64,000 nt of DNA from positions 64,001 through 128,000 of IMG/VR virus record IMGVR_UViG_3300025141_016305; one strand, written 5' to 3'. The DNA comes from a virus. The notes under the pieces were generated by a model. That model did no database searches and was not told the DNA's origin. It worked only from the letters and a program-made list of their open reading frames with translations. The translations under genes and the position numbers were made by a program. Below, one piece after another: positions 18,195 through 30,400 of the stretch (the stretch's first letter is position 1; each line of letters begins with the position of its first letter).

Positions 18195-21100
18195 TTAAGA
18201 TGTTAAAAAAACGTTATTAACAAGAACGCCCAAATTATTGCCCGCAACTTTAGGTACATATTGTATCAATGCAATAGTGCCCGCTACTGGAGCTTGTTTT
18301 ATCGGAACTCCAGACTTTTTGCCTGGCTGTATTTCTAGGGGTTCTAGTTTATTTTCCTCGAATAATCCCTTTGCTTTATCAGCAGCTTTAACTGATTTGG
18401 AAACCTGATCCTTGCCAGTGTTTGCGATTGATTTCCAATCTCTACTTCCTTTTGATATATTAGTTAAAGTATTTAAATCATTACTAATTTTTTGCATATC
18501 ATCATGTATGCTCCCTAGCAAATCTATCGTAAGTACATTCGACTTATATTCGCTTGTTATTGATTTTATAAATTCTTTTCTTTCTGGTTCTTTCAGTGCG
18601 GCTTCGCAAAGAACCTTCTCTAACTCTAGGCTTAGTTTTTCCGGTGACCTAAGCTTTGTAGGAGTGTTTGATTCTTTCCTTTGTTGGGCCTTTTTTAGTC
18701 TTTGGTTTGACTTTGGCAAACTATAGCTTATTGTTGCTCCTAGCTGTTTCTCTAGCGACTGCTTTCCTGTCAAAGAATCGGGCTTAAAAACGCTAGTTTT
18801 AGGAGTCAAAGATCCTTTAGTGTCGCTTTGATCATGCAATGTCGACATTAATTGTGCAGAAAGAGAATTATATCTATTTGTAGCTGTGATCCCAGGGTTT
18901 AAAGAAACAGCGGGAAACCTAACGGCTTGATTTGCGGTTACTGTAAAATAAAAAGCTGGAGCGATCGAGACAGCTGGGACAATTGTCGATGGAAAACATG
19001 TGTGTATCGATGTTGCAATAGCCGGTGTCCTATTTAAGTCTCCGTAATAACTTTGTTGATTTTGTTGTGCTGTGACGAGTGCGGTAGCGATCGTCCCAAC
19101 TGCAGTTGCAGCGGTGGCTGCCATACTAATTGGAGGCGGCTGAGGTTGAGTTTTTATCGGAGGTTCATACAATATTTCTGCACCCGTAAGAGCTGTCACA
19201 ACTTCTGGGATTTGTGCGGACAAACTTATAATTCCAGGAGTTAAATTTGGAGACAAACTCCTTAAAATTGATGCTGTGTTAATATCTGCCTCTGCATCTC
19301 CGGTCATACTTTTAACTATCTCATCACTAACATCTATTTGGCCATCGACTGCGATTTGATTTACAGCTGACTCCAACCTATTACACATATCTGTAAATCT
19401 TTCTATTCCCCCAGGAAGAACAGAAGAGGGGTGTATTAAGTTGCGCAAGTTTTCTTTCAAAGTTTCTAAATCCCCGGAACCTTTAAAGATTATTTCATAA
19501 CACGATACAAAAGTATCGATTATGCTATTTATTTTCGTCTCCATATTTCTTTCTGTCGATTGCCTAAATTTGCTTGTATATTCATTTTTCATAGGATCAA
19601 AACTACCCACTGACACTAATTCCTCTTTGCTTTCGACACTTTCCGACCTTCTCGCGATGCCGTCTTCAGAGTTATCATCATGCTGACCTAGGGACTGCTC
19701 TTTTACTGAAAGGATGAACGATCTCTCTTGGGTTGTTGTATATTTACTAGGAATGTTTGCATATCTCGCGTACTCTGTTAAGCCAATTCTAGCTGTTTTG
19801 AAGGCGGTAAATCTTTCTTTTATTGTCTTTTTTATTCCATCGATTATATCCATATCTAACACATACTTATAGTTCCCGAAATTAACATTGTTATATAAGT
19901 CGAAATCCTTTAAAAGAAATGATCTATAAAATTTTTTACCAATCTCCGATGGATCTTGTCTTAGATTCAACTCTTGCATGTATGCGTATTTTGTTTCCTT
20001 TTTTAACAAAACCCTAGGAGTAGAGCCCAGTATGTTGTCAGCAGTATCTATTAAACAAGTAGGCTCTCTTTCGGTTTCGTGAATTTCATACTCTGGAACA
20101 CCTGCTGCATTTGCACTAGTTGGTGAGTTTGTCATTCTTACTCTGCTAACTTTAAATCTTAAATGTTTGGTGCGATCTACAAACTCCTCAATTAAACTTG
20201 CATTAGGCTTGTCTGCTGAGAGGTGATATTCAAAAAGCCACCCTAAAGGCGAGTTTAAAGAAAGAAGGTTCCCATACTCCAAACTAAAACCTACGCCATG
20301 GTGAGATTCAGCTGATCTGATAGGTATTGTTAATCCATCGTTAGTTGTTTCATTAGCTGTTTCGACTCTGATAAAATGAGTTACTGCCGAAATTAAAATA
20401 TTAGATTTATTTAATTGAGAATAATACAAACATGCTCGCTTTTTTGCATTCCTAGCTTTGTCTATATTGTCAGAGAACGATAATATACTGTTGTCAGTAA
20501 CTTGCAATTTTCGCACCTGCTTCGCAAGATCTCCACCGGTTGACTCGGAAGTGGCATCTAATGTTGAAAATTCATACGGCATAGAACCATTGAAGCCAGA
20601 TGCAAACCCTTCATCATCAATGTGACCCGGGGCGGAGACTTTTATGTATGAAACCTTTTTAGAATTAAGGGGTGGGCCCATGGAATCTGGATGGTCAGCA
20701 TAGCCGGCCATCCAACCCACATATTCAATCCCTCCGACCTTTGGGCCCGGTTTAGACGGCGAATGATAATGTGCGGGTCCAAAATACGGTGTCCCGTCTA
20801 GGGAATATAAAATATCAACCGTCTTTGGCACTCTCAACCTTCCACTCTTTACTTCGAAAAGAGCATCGAACGTCGCGTTGCCTCCCAAGCCCAACAATCC
20901 ATCAGGAACTTGGTATTCAGACGCGAGGGCTTGCATGTCCAAGTGAACAAAGCCAAATATAAAATGCGCCATCGTTGCCTTTGGCAGAGCATCAATATCA
21001 ACTTCAAAGTAAAGATTATTAACCATGGTTCCATTAAAGGAGTCGATATCAGATACCGAACCAACATAATCCTGTTGCAGTATTTCAGACAAAGAGATCT

Positions 21101-21380
21101 CTGCCATTTCATAGCTGTTCTTTAGAGCAGTAAGATCACTTTGAGATGAAAACCTAGTTTCTGGATTCATCATTCGCAACGCGGAGTTCTTTTGAGATTC
21201 AGGCACCAAGAGAAAGAATATCTTTATATATTGCTTAAAACGACTGCTGCCAATCCAAGATGAACTATCATTATTATCTTTAGTTGATAGAAATGATTGG
21301 ATTGTTATCTTGTCTTGACCAACAACAATCCTTTTTGTTCTCAATACTGGAAATATGTCAAAACTATCTATTAAGGACAT
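18195..21380 (-). CDS. Large hypothetical protein (1061 aa), probably virion-associated
   Basis: Long ORF with GGAG RBS in the structural module; no recognised domain. Confidence 0.7.
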   Translation of the reverse strand: MSLIDSFDIFPVLRTKRIVVGQDKITIQSFLSTKDNNDSSSWIGSSRFKQYIKIFFLLVPESQKNSALRMMNPETRFSSQSDLTALKNSYEMAEISLSEILQQDYVGSVSDIDSFNGTMVNNLYFEVDIDALPKATMAHFIFGFVHLDMQALASEYQVPDGLLGLGGNATFDALFEVKSGRLRVPKTVDILYSLDGTPYFGPAHYHSPSKPGPKVGGIEYVGWMAGYADHPDSMGPPLNSKKVSYIKVSAPGHIDDEGFASGFNGSMPYEFSTLDATSESTGGDLAKQVRKLQVTDNSILSFSDNIDKARNAKKRACLYYSQLNKSNILISAVTHFIRVETANETTNDGLTIPIRSAESHHGVGFSLEYGNLLSLNSPLGWLFEYHLSADKPNASLIEEFVDRTKHLRFKVSRVRMTNSPTSANAAGVPEYEIHETEREPTCLIDTADNILGSTPRVLLKKETKYAYMQELNLRQDPSEIGKKFYRSFLLKDFDLYNNVNFGNYKYVLDMDIIDGIKKTIKERFTAFKTARIGLTEYARYANIPSKYTTTQERSFILSVKEQSLGQHDDNSEDGIARRSESVESKEELVSVGSFDPMKNEYTSKFRQSTERNMETKINSIIDTFVSCYEIIFKGSGDLETLKENLRNLIHPSSVLPGGIERFTDMCNRLESAVNQIAVDGQIDVSDEIVKSMTGDAEADINTASILRSLSPNLTPGIISLSAQIPEVVTALTGAEILYEPPIKTQPQPPPISMAATAATAVGTIATALVTAQQNQQSYYGDLNRTPAIATSIHTCFPSTIVPAVSIAPAFYFTVTANQAVRFPAVSLNPGITATNRYNSLSAQLMSTLHDQSDTKGSLTPKTSVFKPDSLTGKQSLEKQLGATISYSLPKSNQRLKKAQQRKESNTPTKLRSPEKLSLELEKVLCEAALKEPERKEFIKSITSEYKSNVLTIDLLGSIHDDMQKISNDLNTLTNISKGSRDWKSIANTGKDQVSKSVKAADKAKGLFEENKLEPLEIQPGKKSGVPIKQAPVAGTIALIQYVPKVAGNNLGVLVNNVFLTS

Positions 21381-21399
21381 TTATTAATCTGTCTCCTGC

Positions 21400-22236
21400 T
21401 TAAACATTAGTGTTTTTATCTTTTTCTTGTAACTCTATCAAATCTATCGCATCGTCGACGTAAATGTTAAAAAACTTAAATATCTCTTCTCTGTCATCTA
21501 TTGGTATAAATACACCAGAACCTTTGCTAGTTTCTTTTAATATTTCTATTTCAAAATTTTCATCACCAAAAAGCGTACTATATTCTTCAACGTCTATTAC
21601 TAAATCTTCTTTATGTTTTTTGATTTTACTATTATCAGTAAATGTGACAACATCAGTTGTTAAGTCTATAAAAGAACTAGGTAAAACCGGTGGTGCCGTA
21701 TTGTTTGTTTCTGTTCTATCTACAATATAAGTATATTCTGGGTTTATTGTTATTTGCGGGGTACTGTTTATGACTCCGCTTGTGTGTAATACTTCTCCGC
21801 TACTGTGTAAATATGTTAAAGATCCTGTTATAGGGGCGCCATAGCTTTTAAGCGAAAAACTTGGAGCTGTCTGAGTTCCAAGATTACAAGATCCCAAAGG
21901 GTACTTTAATATTCTATCATTTTCTATAGGGTCTGAATATCTAGATATTTGATTAAAGACCCCTCTCTTTTCTTGTTTGATTAGTTCTGACTGATAATCA
22001 TAACTTGTCTCTATTCCTGTTGTCAAATACTGGTTCTTTAATCTAATGTCGTCTTTTATTCTTTGCTCTATATCGTTTTGGATCTCTTCTTTTCCTGTAT
22101 AAGATAAATCATATATTATATCGTCGTCGAAAAATTGATAATACACGGGCTTAAATGCGCCGCGGGCGAGAAGACTCCTGCCGAAGCGCGTTAGCTCTAT
22201 ATCAATAACTTCTTCTTTCTTGTTAAAAAAGCCCAT
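21400..22236 (-). CDS. Virion structural protein with a tail-collar-like N-terminus
   Basis: DIELTRFGRSLLARGAFKPVYYQFFDDDIIY matches the N-terminus of 14019..15056. Confidence 0.65.
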   Translation of the reverse strand: MGFFNKKEEVIDIELTRFGRSLLARGAFKPVYYQFFDDDIIYDLSYTGKEEIQNDIEQRIKDDIRLKNQYLTTGIETSYDYQSELIKQEKRGVFNQISRYSDPIENDRILKYPLGSCNLGTQTAPSFSLKSYGAPITGSLTYLHSSGEVLHTSGVINSTPQITINPEYTYIVDRTETNNTAPPVLPSSFIDLTTDVVTFTDNSKIKKHKEDLVIDVEEYSTLFGDENFEIEILKETSKGSGVFIPIDDREEIFKFFNIYVDDAIDLIELQEKDKNTNV

Positions 22237-24407
22237 TACTGCTTATATCCTAGCCCATAAAAATCAACTTTACTTTCAAGTTTAATTAGTTCTACAAAAG
22301 AAAAGTAATCATAAGGCCAGTTATATGCTACCCTAGAATTAAAGCCGGCTTGGCCATTTATAATATCAACCACGCTCTTGCCACCTTGGCGAAATCTTTC
22401 AAAATGATGTATAGGGTCAATAGACTTTTTTACCAAGTATTGATAATCACTAATTCCCCTATACTTACACTTAAAAACAATCCACCTCACTTCCTTCTCT
22501 AAAAATTCTCTTGGACTTTCATAAGTCGAATGATTGCCGCCGGCGCCCATAATATTGAGAATAGTAGAATCTAAGATATGAGAACAATAAACAGAGTCTG
22601 GATTGTTGAATGTCATTGGATTAGAATATTGTGTATGCGCTGTGGATTCTGGACTTTCTGGGTATAAATTTTGCCACATATTTGATAAATCAGTTGCATT
22701 TAACTTTGCATTAAATTCAAAGAAATATATCATAAACGGTTCAATATCTTCTATTGCCAAAAAGTCAAAAGAAGGTGGCAAAATATATCGTTGCATCATT
22801 CTTAACTGATAGGCGATACTATCTACTGCATTTGTCCCTGCCATCGACGACTTTCTTTCGTAATCTTTTATCAATGCGAAAATATCATCCCTGTCTGCCA
22901 TTGTAGATGCTTGCGTGATGTAGTCATCCAAAGCTCGATTATTTAATTTTTTTGCCTTAGCAAAGTGTTTTTTATTCAACTCAAAAAATTTAACTTTGCA
23001 ATCCTTGGTCGTATAATAAGGTATTGCAAGAACCGCCTCTTTTACTGTTTTTTCAAATGCCAATTGACCTAGTTTAATAGTCTTTCTGGTGCTGGTGGAT
23101 TGCCTTAATAGACCTTTCTTTTTTCTAGGGTCGAGTTGAGTTCTTGGTTGTTCTTTTAAGAATCCAACTGCTGATGCTAAGCCGTAAGCTCCCTGGTCTT
23201 GTATTCTTAAATAATACCCTTTGCTTCCTGTAGTGGGTACTCCGTATTGATGCCACATTCCCGTTGAAGAAGTCACCATATTTATTGAGCTTGTGGCATT
23301 TAACATAAAATAATCATTCCATGAGCCACGCTCACGATACGGCGAACCTTTAACCTTCATTGTAGTTTGACCACCGGCAACGATATCATCGTTATTAGCA
23401 CTTACATTAGCTATCACTGTTGTTTCCGCATCAGCAAAGTCATGTATGGGGGTTTCCCATTTGGGCTGGATTACCCACCTGTATCCGAAATCTGCAAAGT
23501 CGCTATCTTCTCCTGTTACAGCACTAGCTTTGGTCGTGCCAAAGGGATCTTGACGGTGATATTTATCACGATCTAACTTTACAATTGTATTAAAATTCAA
23601 GGAGGCACCCACGCCCATAGAAGCAGAATAGTTCAGTTTTCCAACATCTATGCTCGGGGAATCCGCATTTAAGAATAAACTAAAATTTTGATAGGAAGCT
23701 GTTAAGTTATTAACAATCTCTGGTGCGGAATAAAACCTTGTTTCTGGTGGTGTAAATGTTAATTCCACATATGGCATCGCGTTTTGGTCCAAATACGGCG
23801 GGACGTATGGCATGTGTCCGTGTTGTTTTGTATGAGTTGTATAAGAATATTTGACAGTGGAGCCGTCCATTTGTTCAGTTCCGCCGTCCGTAATGGGTAT
23901 AATTCTTTTTGTGTCGTTTGCATCACAAGGGGGCCCAAAAGCAGAATGTCTATCATACATCATAAAGTTATTATTCTCTATATATACCCTCATCTTATAT
24001 TGTTTATCGGCAACAAGTTGTGCCTTTACCGGAGGTGACACGAGAGTTTGAAGGCTTTCATCTTCTAAGAAAAAGGAAACTGTTTCTGCTGCAAAATTAT
24101 TAAATGCAGATCTAAAGGGGAGCATTGCGTAAGTGAATGCTGCAGCATTCGTGCTAAAATCTAATTGAAGTTGCCGCGGGACACTATAGTCGTTAAGATT
24201 ACCAAATCTAAACGGCCTTTCAATTACCATATTGAAGAGCCTATTACCATACAACAAACTAGCAGATGTATGAGGCTCGTTATCATAAAGCCTTTCGTCA
24301 AACATGGATTCGATATTTAGTATATTATCAAACGTATACCTTTTTATCGGCATTGATGCTGTGGCAAATCTAAAATGTGATCCACGTGCTTTTCTGTTAC
24401 TTGCCAT
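22236..24407 (-). CDS. Putative virion structural protein (723 aa)
   Basis: AAGGA RBS; directly follows the 3357-aa gene; aromatic C-terminal motif YNWPYDYFSFVEL. Confidence 0.7.
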   Translation of the reverse strand: MASNRKARGSHFRFATASMPIKRYTFDNILNIESMFDERLYDNEPHTSASLLYGNRLFNMVIERPFRFGNLNDYSVPRQLQLDFSTNAAAFTYAMLPFRSAFNNFAAETVSFFLEDESLQTLVSPPVKAQLVADKQYKMRVYIENNNFMMYDRHSAFGPPCDANDTKRIIPITDGGTEQMDGSTVKYSYTTHTKQHGHMPYVPPYLDQNAMPYVELTFTPPETRFYSAPEIVNNLTASYQNFSLFLNADSPSIDVGKLNYSASMGVGASLNFNTIVKLDRDKYHRQDPFGTTKASAVTGEDSDFADFGYRWVIQPKWETPIHDFADAETTVIANVSANNDDIVAGGQTTMKVKGSPYRERGSWNDYFMLNATSSINMVTSSTGMWHQYGVPTTGSKGYYLRIQDQGAYGLASAVGFLKEQPRTQLDPRKKKGLLRQSTSTRKTIKLGQLAFEKTVKEAVLAIPYYTTKDCKVKFFELNKKHFAKAKKLNNRALDDYITQASTMADRDDIFALIKDYERKSSMAGTNAVDSIAYQLRMMQRYILPPSFDFLAIEDIEPFMIYFFEFNAKLNATDLSNMWQNLYPESPESTAHTQYSNPMTFNNPDSVYCSHILDSTILNIMGAGGNHSTYESPREFLEKEVRWIVFKCKYRGISDYQYLVKKSIDPIHHFERFRQGGKSVVDIINGQAGFNSRVAYNWPYDYFSFVELIKLESKVDFYGLGYKQ

Positions 24408-24460
24408 AATAAAATTCCTTTTCCAAAATCAAAATTTACCCAATACGAACACTCAAGGGA

Positions 24461-27400
24461 TTAGCCACTACCTTCAGGCAAGCCCAAGTACCAGAAAGCG
24501 TTACATACTTGCGGGCCATAATAAAGGGTGTATGTCTCCGGCTTTATCGGTTCTTGTAGGTTTGAGTCGGCCGGGAAATCCTCTACTATAAAATTATTGG
24601 GCACCCTTGATAAAATTCCCTTCTTTTCATCTCTTATGTAGTAGGGATTATCAACATCATAAGAATAGACACCCCCATGTAACCTAGGTATGCCTTCATC
24701 TGTTGTTCTGTTTAATAACGACCCTGTGAATCCGGCGGTATAAATAGTTCCTAGGCTGCTCATAAAGTGCCATGTCGAAGAATCGGATGAGCCGCTTGTC
24801 GTCAGTGAAACTACTGGGTCACCCATAACACCTTTAAATTGATACAAATAATCAGTACCTGTAAGGTCAGCAATTTTTTCGGTGGCTGAACCTGAGCAAA
24901 TATGCGTATGGGCGACGTCGGCGAAACAGGCCATTTGGCAGGATTCGGTGAGAATCCATTCAGTTGCCAATATATTAGTGAGGCAATAATCACCAGTCGC
25001 GCCGGGAAAGGGGTTTCCACCTTCCGGAACAAACTGACTCTTTCCTTGGCCTGGGCCGACATCTCTTATTGGTAACATGGGATAATCAACTGCGAGGCCG
25101 GCCTTGATTGAGTTCATTAAAATGCCCGGGCCGAATATTAGTTTCATTGCCTGCTGCTTCGAGGCCCTTATTCTATGATCTAGCAAGTTATATCTTGCAT
25201 GATTTGGAAGGCCACCAGTGATATAACTGTTTGGTGCTGCAGAGTAAGACCCGCTCTTTAAGTAATTATCATGGAATATTTCACCCAATTGCATAATTCG
25301 CTCTGCCGGATAAAAGCCTCGATAGGGTAAAAACCTCTTAACTGCCTGGCACCTAAGTGTTAGTTTTGTCGGAACCATTCCTCCGGCATAAGGCTTATCA
25401 AACTTTTCCTGAACGTCTAAGCGCTCTGTTACTACTCCGAAATATTTCATAAAATCGGAGGTACCATAAGTCTTAAAAAATTGAGATCCAACTTGTATAT
25501 CACCCGAAGAATGTTGATGTATCGCTCCAGTCAGTGATAAAAAGTCATCTTTAATACAACTTATATCTGAAAAAGAGTCCAAATCGAAAAACTTTTCAAC
25601 ATACTCACTAATTCTGAATTCGGGAACAATGGAGTGATCTTGTCCCACTCTGCGCATCTCGTCTCTATACTCTTCATAAGAGTTGAAAAACGGCTTTGGC
25701 TTGTTATCTGCCGCGGACCAGATTGCCTCGCCGGCGAGGTACTCTTCTCCGGCCGTGCCGGCGTCCGCAGCTCGGATGTAAGCAGTTTGAGGTATCTTCC
25801 TGTTATAAACAATAGACGGAGGCGGGGTGCCATAAATTAAATTAAGTCCGCATGGCCAATTTCCAAAATCGTTTTGGAACATCCCTTGGCCGCGGCCACC
25901 TTGGCCGCCGCCTTTGTTAAGCGAACCTGCACTATCAGAGCGCTGATCCATCCGGTTTCTCATCCAAGTCTTTAGAGTGTAGCCTGAAGACGGGCCACGG
26001 AGACCCCAGCTGTGGATCTGGGCGATGCCCGTGTAATTTCCTCCCCAGGTATTTTGTATTTCTACAGGGTCCATCAAAGGTCCATCCAGTGGCCAGGAAC
26101 TCATTGTCATGGCAGTGAGACTAAGTGCTGTGTAATCGAGGTCGCCTAGGGAAATAGAGTCATCATGTATTTGTCTTGCATTGATGTATTGATACGAACC
26201 AAAAAAAGTATGTTGAAAATGATTTTTTTCATTTATTTCCGTATTAAGCATCCGTTCTGGCCAGATTTGGTGGCGGCCGGGGACGGAAATAGATTTTTTG
26301 TAAGTTTTTATTATTGGTAGCACCATTGGACTCATGTCCGCAAAGGTTCCACTAACTGTATATCTGTATTGCCAATAATCCGGCCTTTGAATCGTTGTAT
26401 GGCGGTAGGACGTGTTATCACTCCAACCTCCTATAACGTTATCATTGGTTGGGGTTTTGTGTTCTGGTGCTCTGGTATATGTTCTATCTGCTCTTACAGC
26501 TGTTGGGTACCCATGAAAAACAAAACCTTCTCTTGTTCTTGCATTCTTTGTGAACGTATTTTCTTCTCTTGGATATATCGTTTCGATATAATTAAGCTCT
26601 CTTAACTCTCTATCCTTATTCTGCGCGGTAGATTCTGGGAACCAAGTTTCATAAATAGCATCAAATCGATGGGGCTTGATTTCATCGACATTTAAATCTT
26701 TTATAATCTCTGGATTTGCATAAGTTGTTAGTTCATTCTGAAATGAAACCCTTAAGGATACTGAACCATGCATAACTTCTCTTATTGACTGTATTGAATC
26801 CACATCAAAAATAAAGTTTTCAGTTGCATCCCCCTCTTCAGAGAATCTCTCTTGCAAAAGACCCAACTCCTGAGAGGGATCAGTTGCAACGTTGTAATAA
26901 TATTCGTCAGCGTTCCACATCTGATGTTCGACAAGTTGACTTGTAGCATTGCCGCGAATCATCAAAGTTCCAAGCTCAGCAAAAGCAGAATCAGTTGGGC
27001 GCTTCATTCTATGTTTTGTCAGGGTTAATGGATTAAAGCGATTTGTTGCAAAAATATCTTTATAATTCTCAACCGTTCTTGCACTAGTCTTTGTGGTGAC
27101 CGGCACAGCACCTGTTTCAGAGCCAGTGCCATCCTTATTAGCATTTGGAACATTTATCTGCTCAGCAGGGTGGAATGAAAAGTGATAATCCATCAAGGAT
27201 GAAACGTTAAAGCTTGTCCCCCTACGAACAATTGAGAAAGTGTTATTCTTTCTGTGATGTCTCATCACTGGATGTGAGCCACCCCTTGTTTGTTTCCAAG
27301 AAGGCCAACCATATGGACCTTGACGATTAAGAATGATAGAATTTAAAACTAGGCCGGCGCCATCGCCCGACAGGCCTGCGAGGTCCTTGCCGGCCTGCGC

Positions 27401-30400
27401 GTGGCCAGAGCCTCCCAAAAAGGGGCCCGCGACTATCTCATCGTTTATATAATTGATCCAGCCGATGTGCGGCGATGAGCCCTGGGTGATAGTAAAACTT
27501 TCATGACCGAGAGAATTAGCTGATGAAGAAAGCGGTTCTCTAACTATTGTATTAAGACCAGCAAAATCAACGAACAAATGGCTGCGCCAGGAGGTGGGAG
27601 AAAATACTGATGGTGCATTCAAGCCATAAACCAAACCCAGCTGACCGGGATACTCTACAACGCCAAACTCAGATTGACTTAAAAATTGAATTGATTCTGC
27701 TGAACTAATTGTTTTATTACTTCTTGTAGTATCAGTGTTTAATTTTCTATTTTCAGCATGATGTGGTCCATACGTTGTCACATCTCCACCAATAAATTGA
27801 TGCCTAAAGCCGCCATTTCGCAGTAGAAAATATGACCCAGGATTAAGGTAGCTGGTGTCGGGATATATAACCTGTGAAGTTCTAATCCAACTGTAGCCCA
27901 AATCATAACTTGGTATTTCTCCTTGTACAAAACCGTTATACTTTGAGTACCTATCTAAAAAAGGATTACCAGCAATAGACTTATATGCAGAATGTACTCC
28001 AAAGGTGTCACCAAAAGTCGATGGTTTCGGAATTACTTCGCCGTTGGCATGCCGGGGGCGGTGGTCGATTACTGCATTACCCCGAGATCTTGCATAACCT
28101 CCAGTTGGGAGTAATGTATAAGTCTGAGCGAAAGGCTGGGCAGAATCATAATTTAAATCAGTTCGAACCCTAAGATTTCTGTAGTTCATTGTGCTATATA
28201 CGGAAAGCTCTCCTGATGCTTTATCATACTTGTATGAGTCTGCCCCTATGGCGCTACCAGATGGGTCGAAACTAGCTTCATGGGCAGAGAACCGATTTAC
28301 AATAACATGTTCGGTACGACCTCTATCTGGTAGGGCATAGTCTCTTTCAGGGTGATTTATAAACTGTGTTCTAACTGAAGATCCTGCAAAGAATTTACCT
28401 CCTGAAAAGCCCGTAATGGAATCAGTCCAAGCGCCGGTCCTTGAAAGCACAGTGTTGCCGTCTGGGCCGGCAGATGCTTGTGTTATGGTCAGAGTGCCAG
28501 TATTGACATTCCCCCCGTTTGTATGAACCACTGTCACTGTTGATCCGTGATTTGCATCGATGGCAGTCTTAAGATTATCTATCGATGCCCGGGCGTTGGC
28601 GCCTCTTGTCACTGTAATCTTTGGTGCCGAAGCAGAAACGCCTTCGTCCCGAAATTCATATGTCTTATCTACGCCTGTAGCGCTGATTATATTTACCTGG
28701 TTGCCAGAAGCGGGATTAGCATCGTATACAATCGTACCAACGGCTGCGAGTGGCTGAGCATTTGGCTGAGGTTGTTCTCTAGGTTCTCGTAAGTTTCTGG
28801 AAGTTCCGTACGGCTCTGTTCCAATAAAAGATCCTTCATTATCAATGAAATAATTGTTATTTGAGGCCCGGGCATTAGTTATGACAACTTCATAATCTTT
28901 GTTATAGTTGCCCAACAACAAAGAGCTAGTAGTATGTTTTATGTTTGCAATATTCATAAAACGCATACTTCCTAGATCTCGATGGAACATTGATTTAGGA
29001 GTGGAATTCATACCAGGAGATTTAACGGTTATTGAGCCGGCTGCCTCGACTATGTCATACCCCTCTGGCCGGTTTTGTTCCGGTGTGCCAAAGGGTACCC
29101 TTCTGTGGGGCATGCCTCCGACGTGAGCCCTAGTAAATGGACCCTGAAGGGCAGTTATGGAATCCTCATCATCATGGTTGTTTGTTATTGCTAGCTTTTC
29201 TTTAAAGTCGCTAAAGTCATTTCCTACAGAGGAACTATGCAAAGTAAAAGGTAGAATCAAATCTGCATCAGCGTCGAGATACCCATCTGTGTCGGAAGTA
29301 TCTGTTTTTGCTGTATATATCTTTTTCTTATTTGGGTCTAAAATATCATCGCACTTTTTAAAGTCATATATGTCGTTTGCGCTAATGCTAATTTCTTTCC
29401 CACTATTAATAACCTTATACAGGCCGTCAATTTTATTAGCTTTTCTGTTTGAACCTGGGATTAGAAAATCTTGTCTATCGACAGAGAATTTATACGGCTT
29501 TGTCAAACTTCGAAGCACATAAGTAGAACCCTCTACATCTTTTGTTATAATATTGTTTAATGTCTGGCGGCCTGCGGTGTTTTCTCTTTCTTTTCTTTCT
29601 TTCTGCCATAGGCAATTGTTAGCCTCATTGTCCGCCGAGTGGCCATGTTCCCAATCATATAAAAGCTCGTTAATGCCTAAGAATGGCGTTTCAGGCAAAG
29701 AAGGCTCTTTAAACTCAAGCGTTGGAGCTTTGTGTTGATACTTGTTTCTTTCTAGTGCGTGACTTTCTACAACGTTTTTTAAATCTGCCCTAAGATTGGA
29801 GCTAGCCGGTTGCAACTCGTACAACATTCTCCCTAGTGATGCATCAATCCATTTATAATAGTTAACAAACTGATCTAAATCAACGTCATTTTGAACTCTT
29901 GAAAAGAATTTTTCTTTTACCTTTTCAAGCATCTTGTAGTTTGGTCGATATTTATTAACAGGCTCACCAAGCATATTGTTAAAAGAAACTAAACCTGCTA
30001 CAAAATTGAGCATTTCTTTAGAAATAATTTGATACATGCTCTTCTCAAAAGCAAAATCATATGTTATTGGCCTACTGTCAGTTGTGAATTTATCAATTTC
30101 TTGATCTTTTATCTTAACCCTATCGCTAGTGTATGCATTATCAAGTTCCACATATTCCACACTTTGAAGATAATCTTGTACTATTGCAGTATTTTGATTG
30201 GTAAAGTTCTCAGAAATACCTGGATACTTATACCCTACAACTTCTCCATATTTTTCAACATCTCCCAAACTACCACTGGCAAAATCAACTATTGATAAAA
30301 CCGAAGAGCTGAATGCTGGGTTGTTGTCAAATTGCCAACTAAGTGCTAAAGTGTTAAGGTTTAATCTATTACTTCCAGTATTATGCGCATTTACAAGTTG

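Noticed and set aside
24408-24463. Programmed frameshift or readthrough joining the 3357-aa and 723-aa ORFs
   Set aside because: The downstream frame has several stops just upstream of its ATG and its own AAGGA RBS; one recoding event cannot join them.
24461-24700. DGR variable repeat at the C-terminus of the giant fibre-like protein
   Set aside because: No reverse transcriptase and no adenine-variant template repeat was found in the window.
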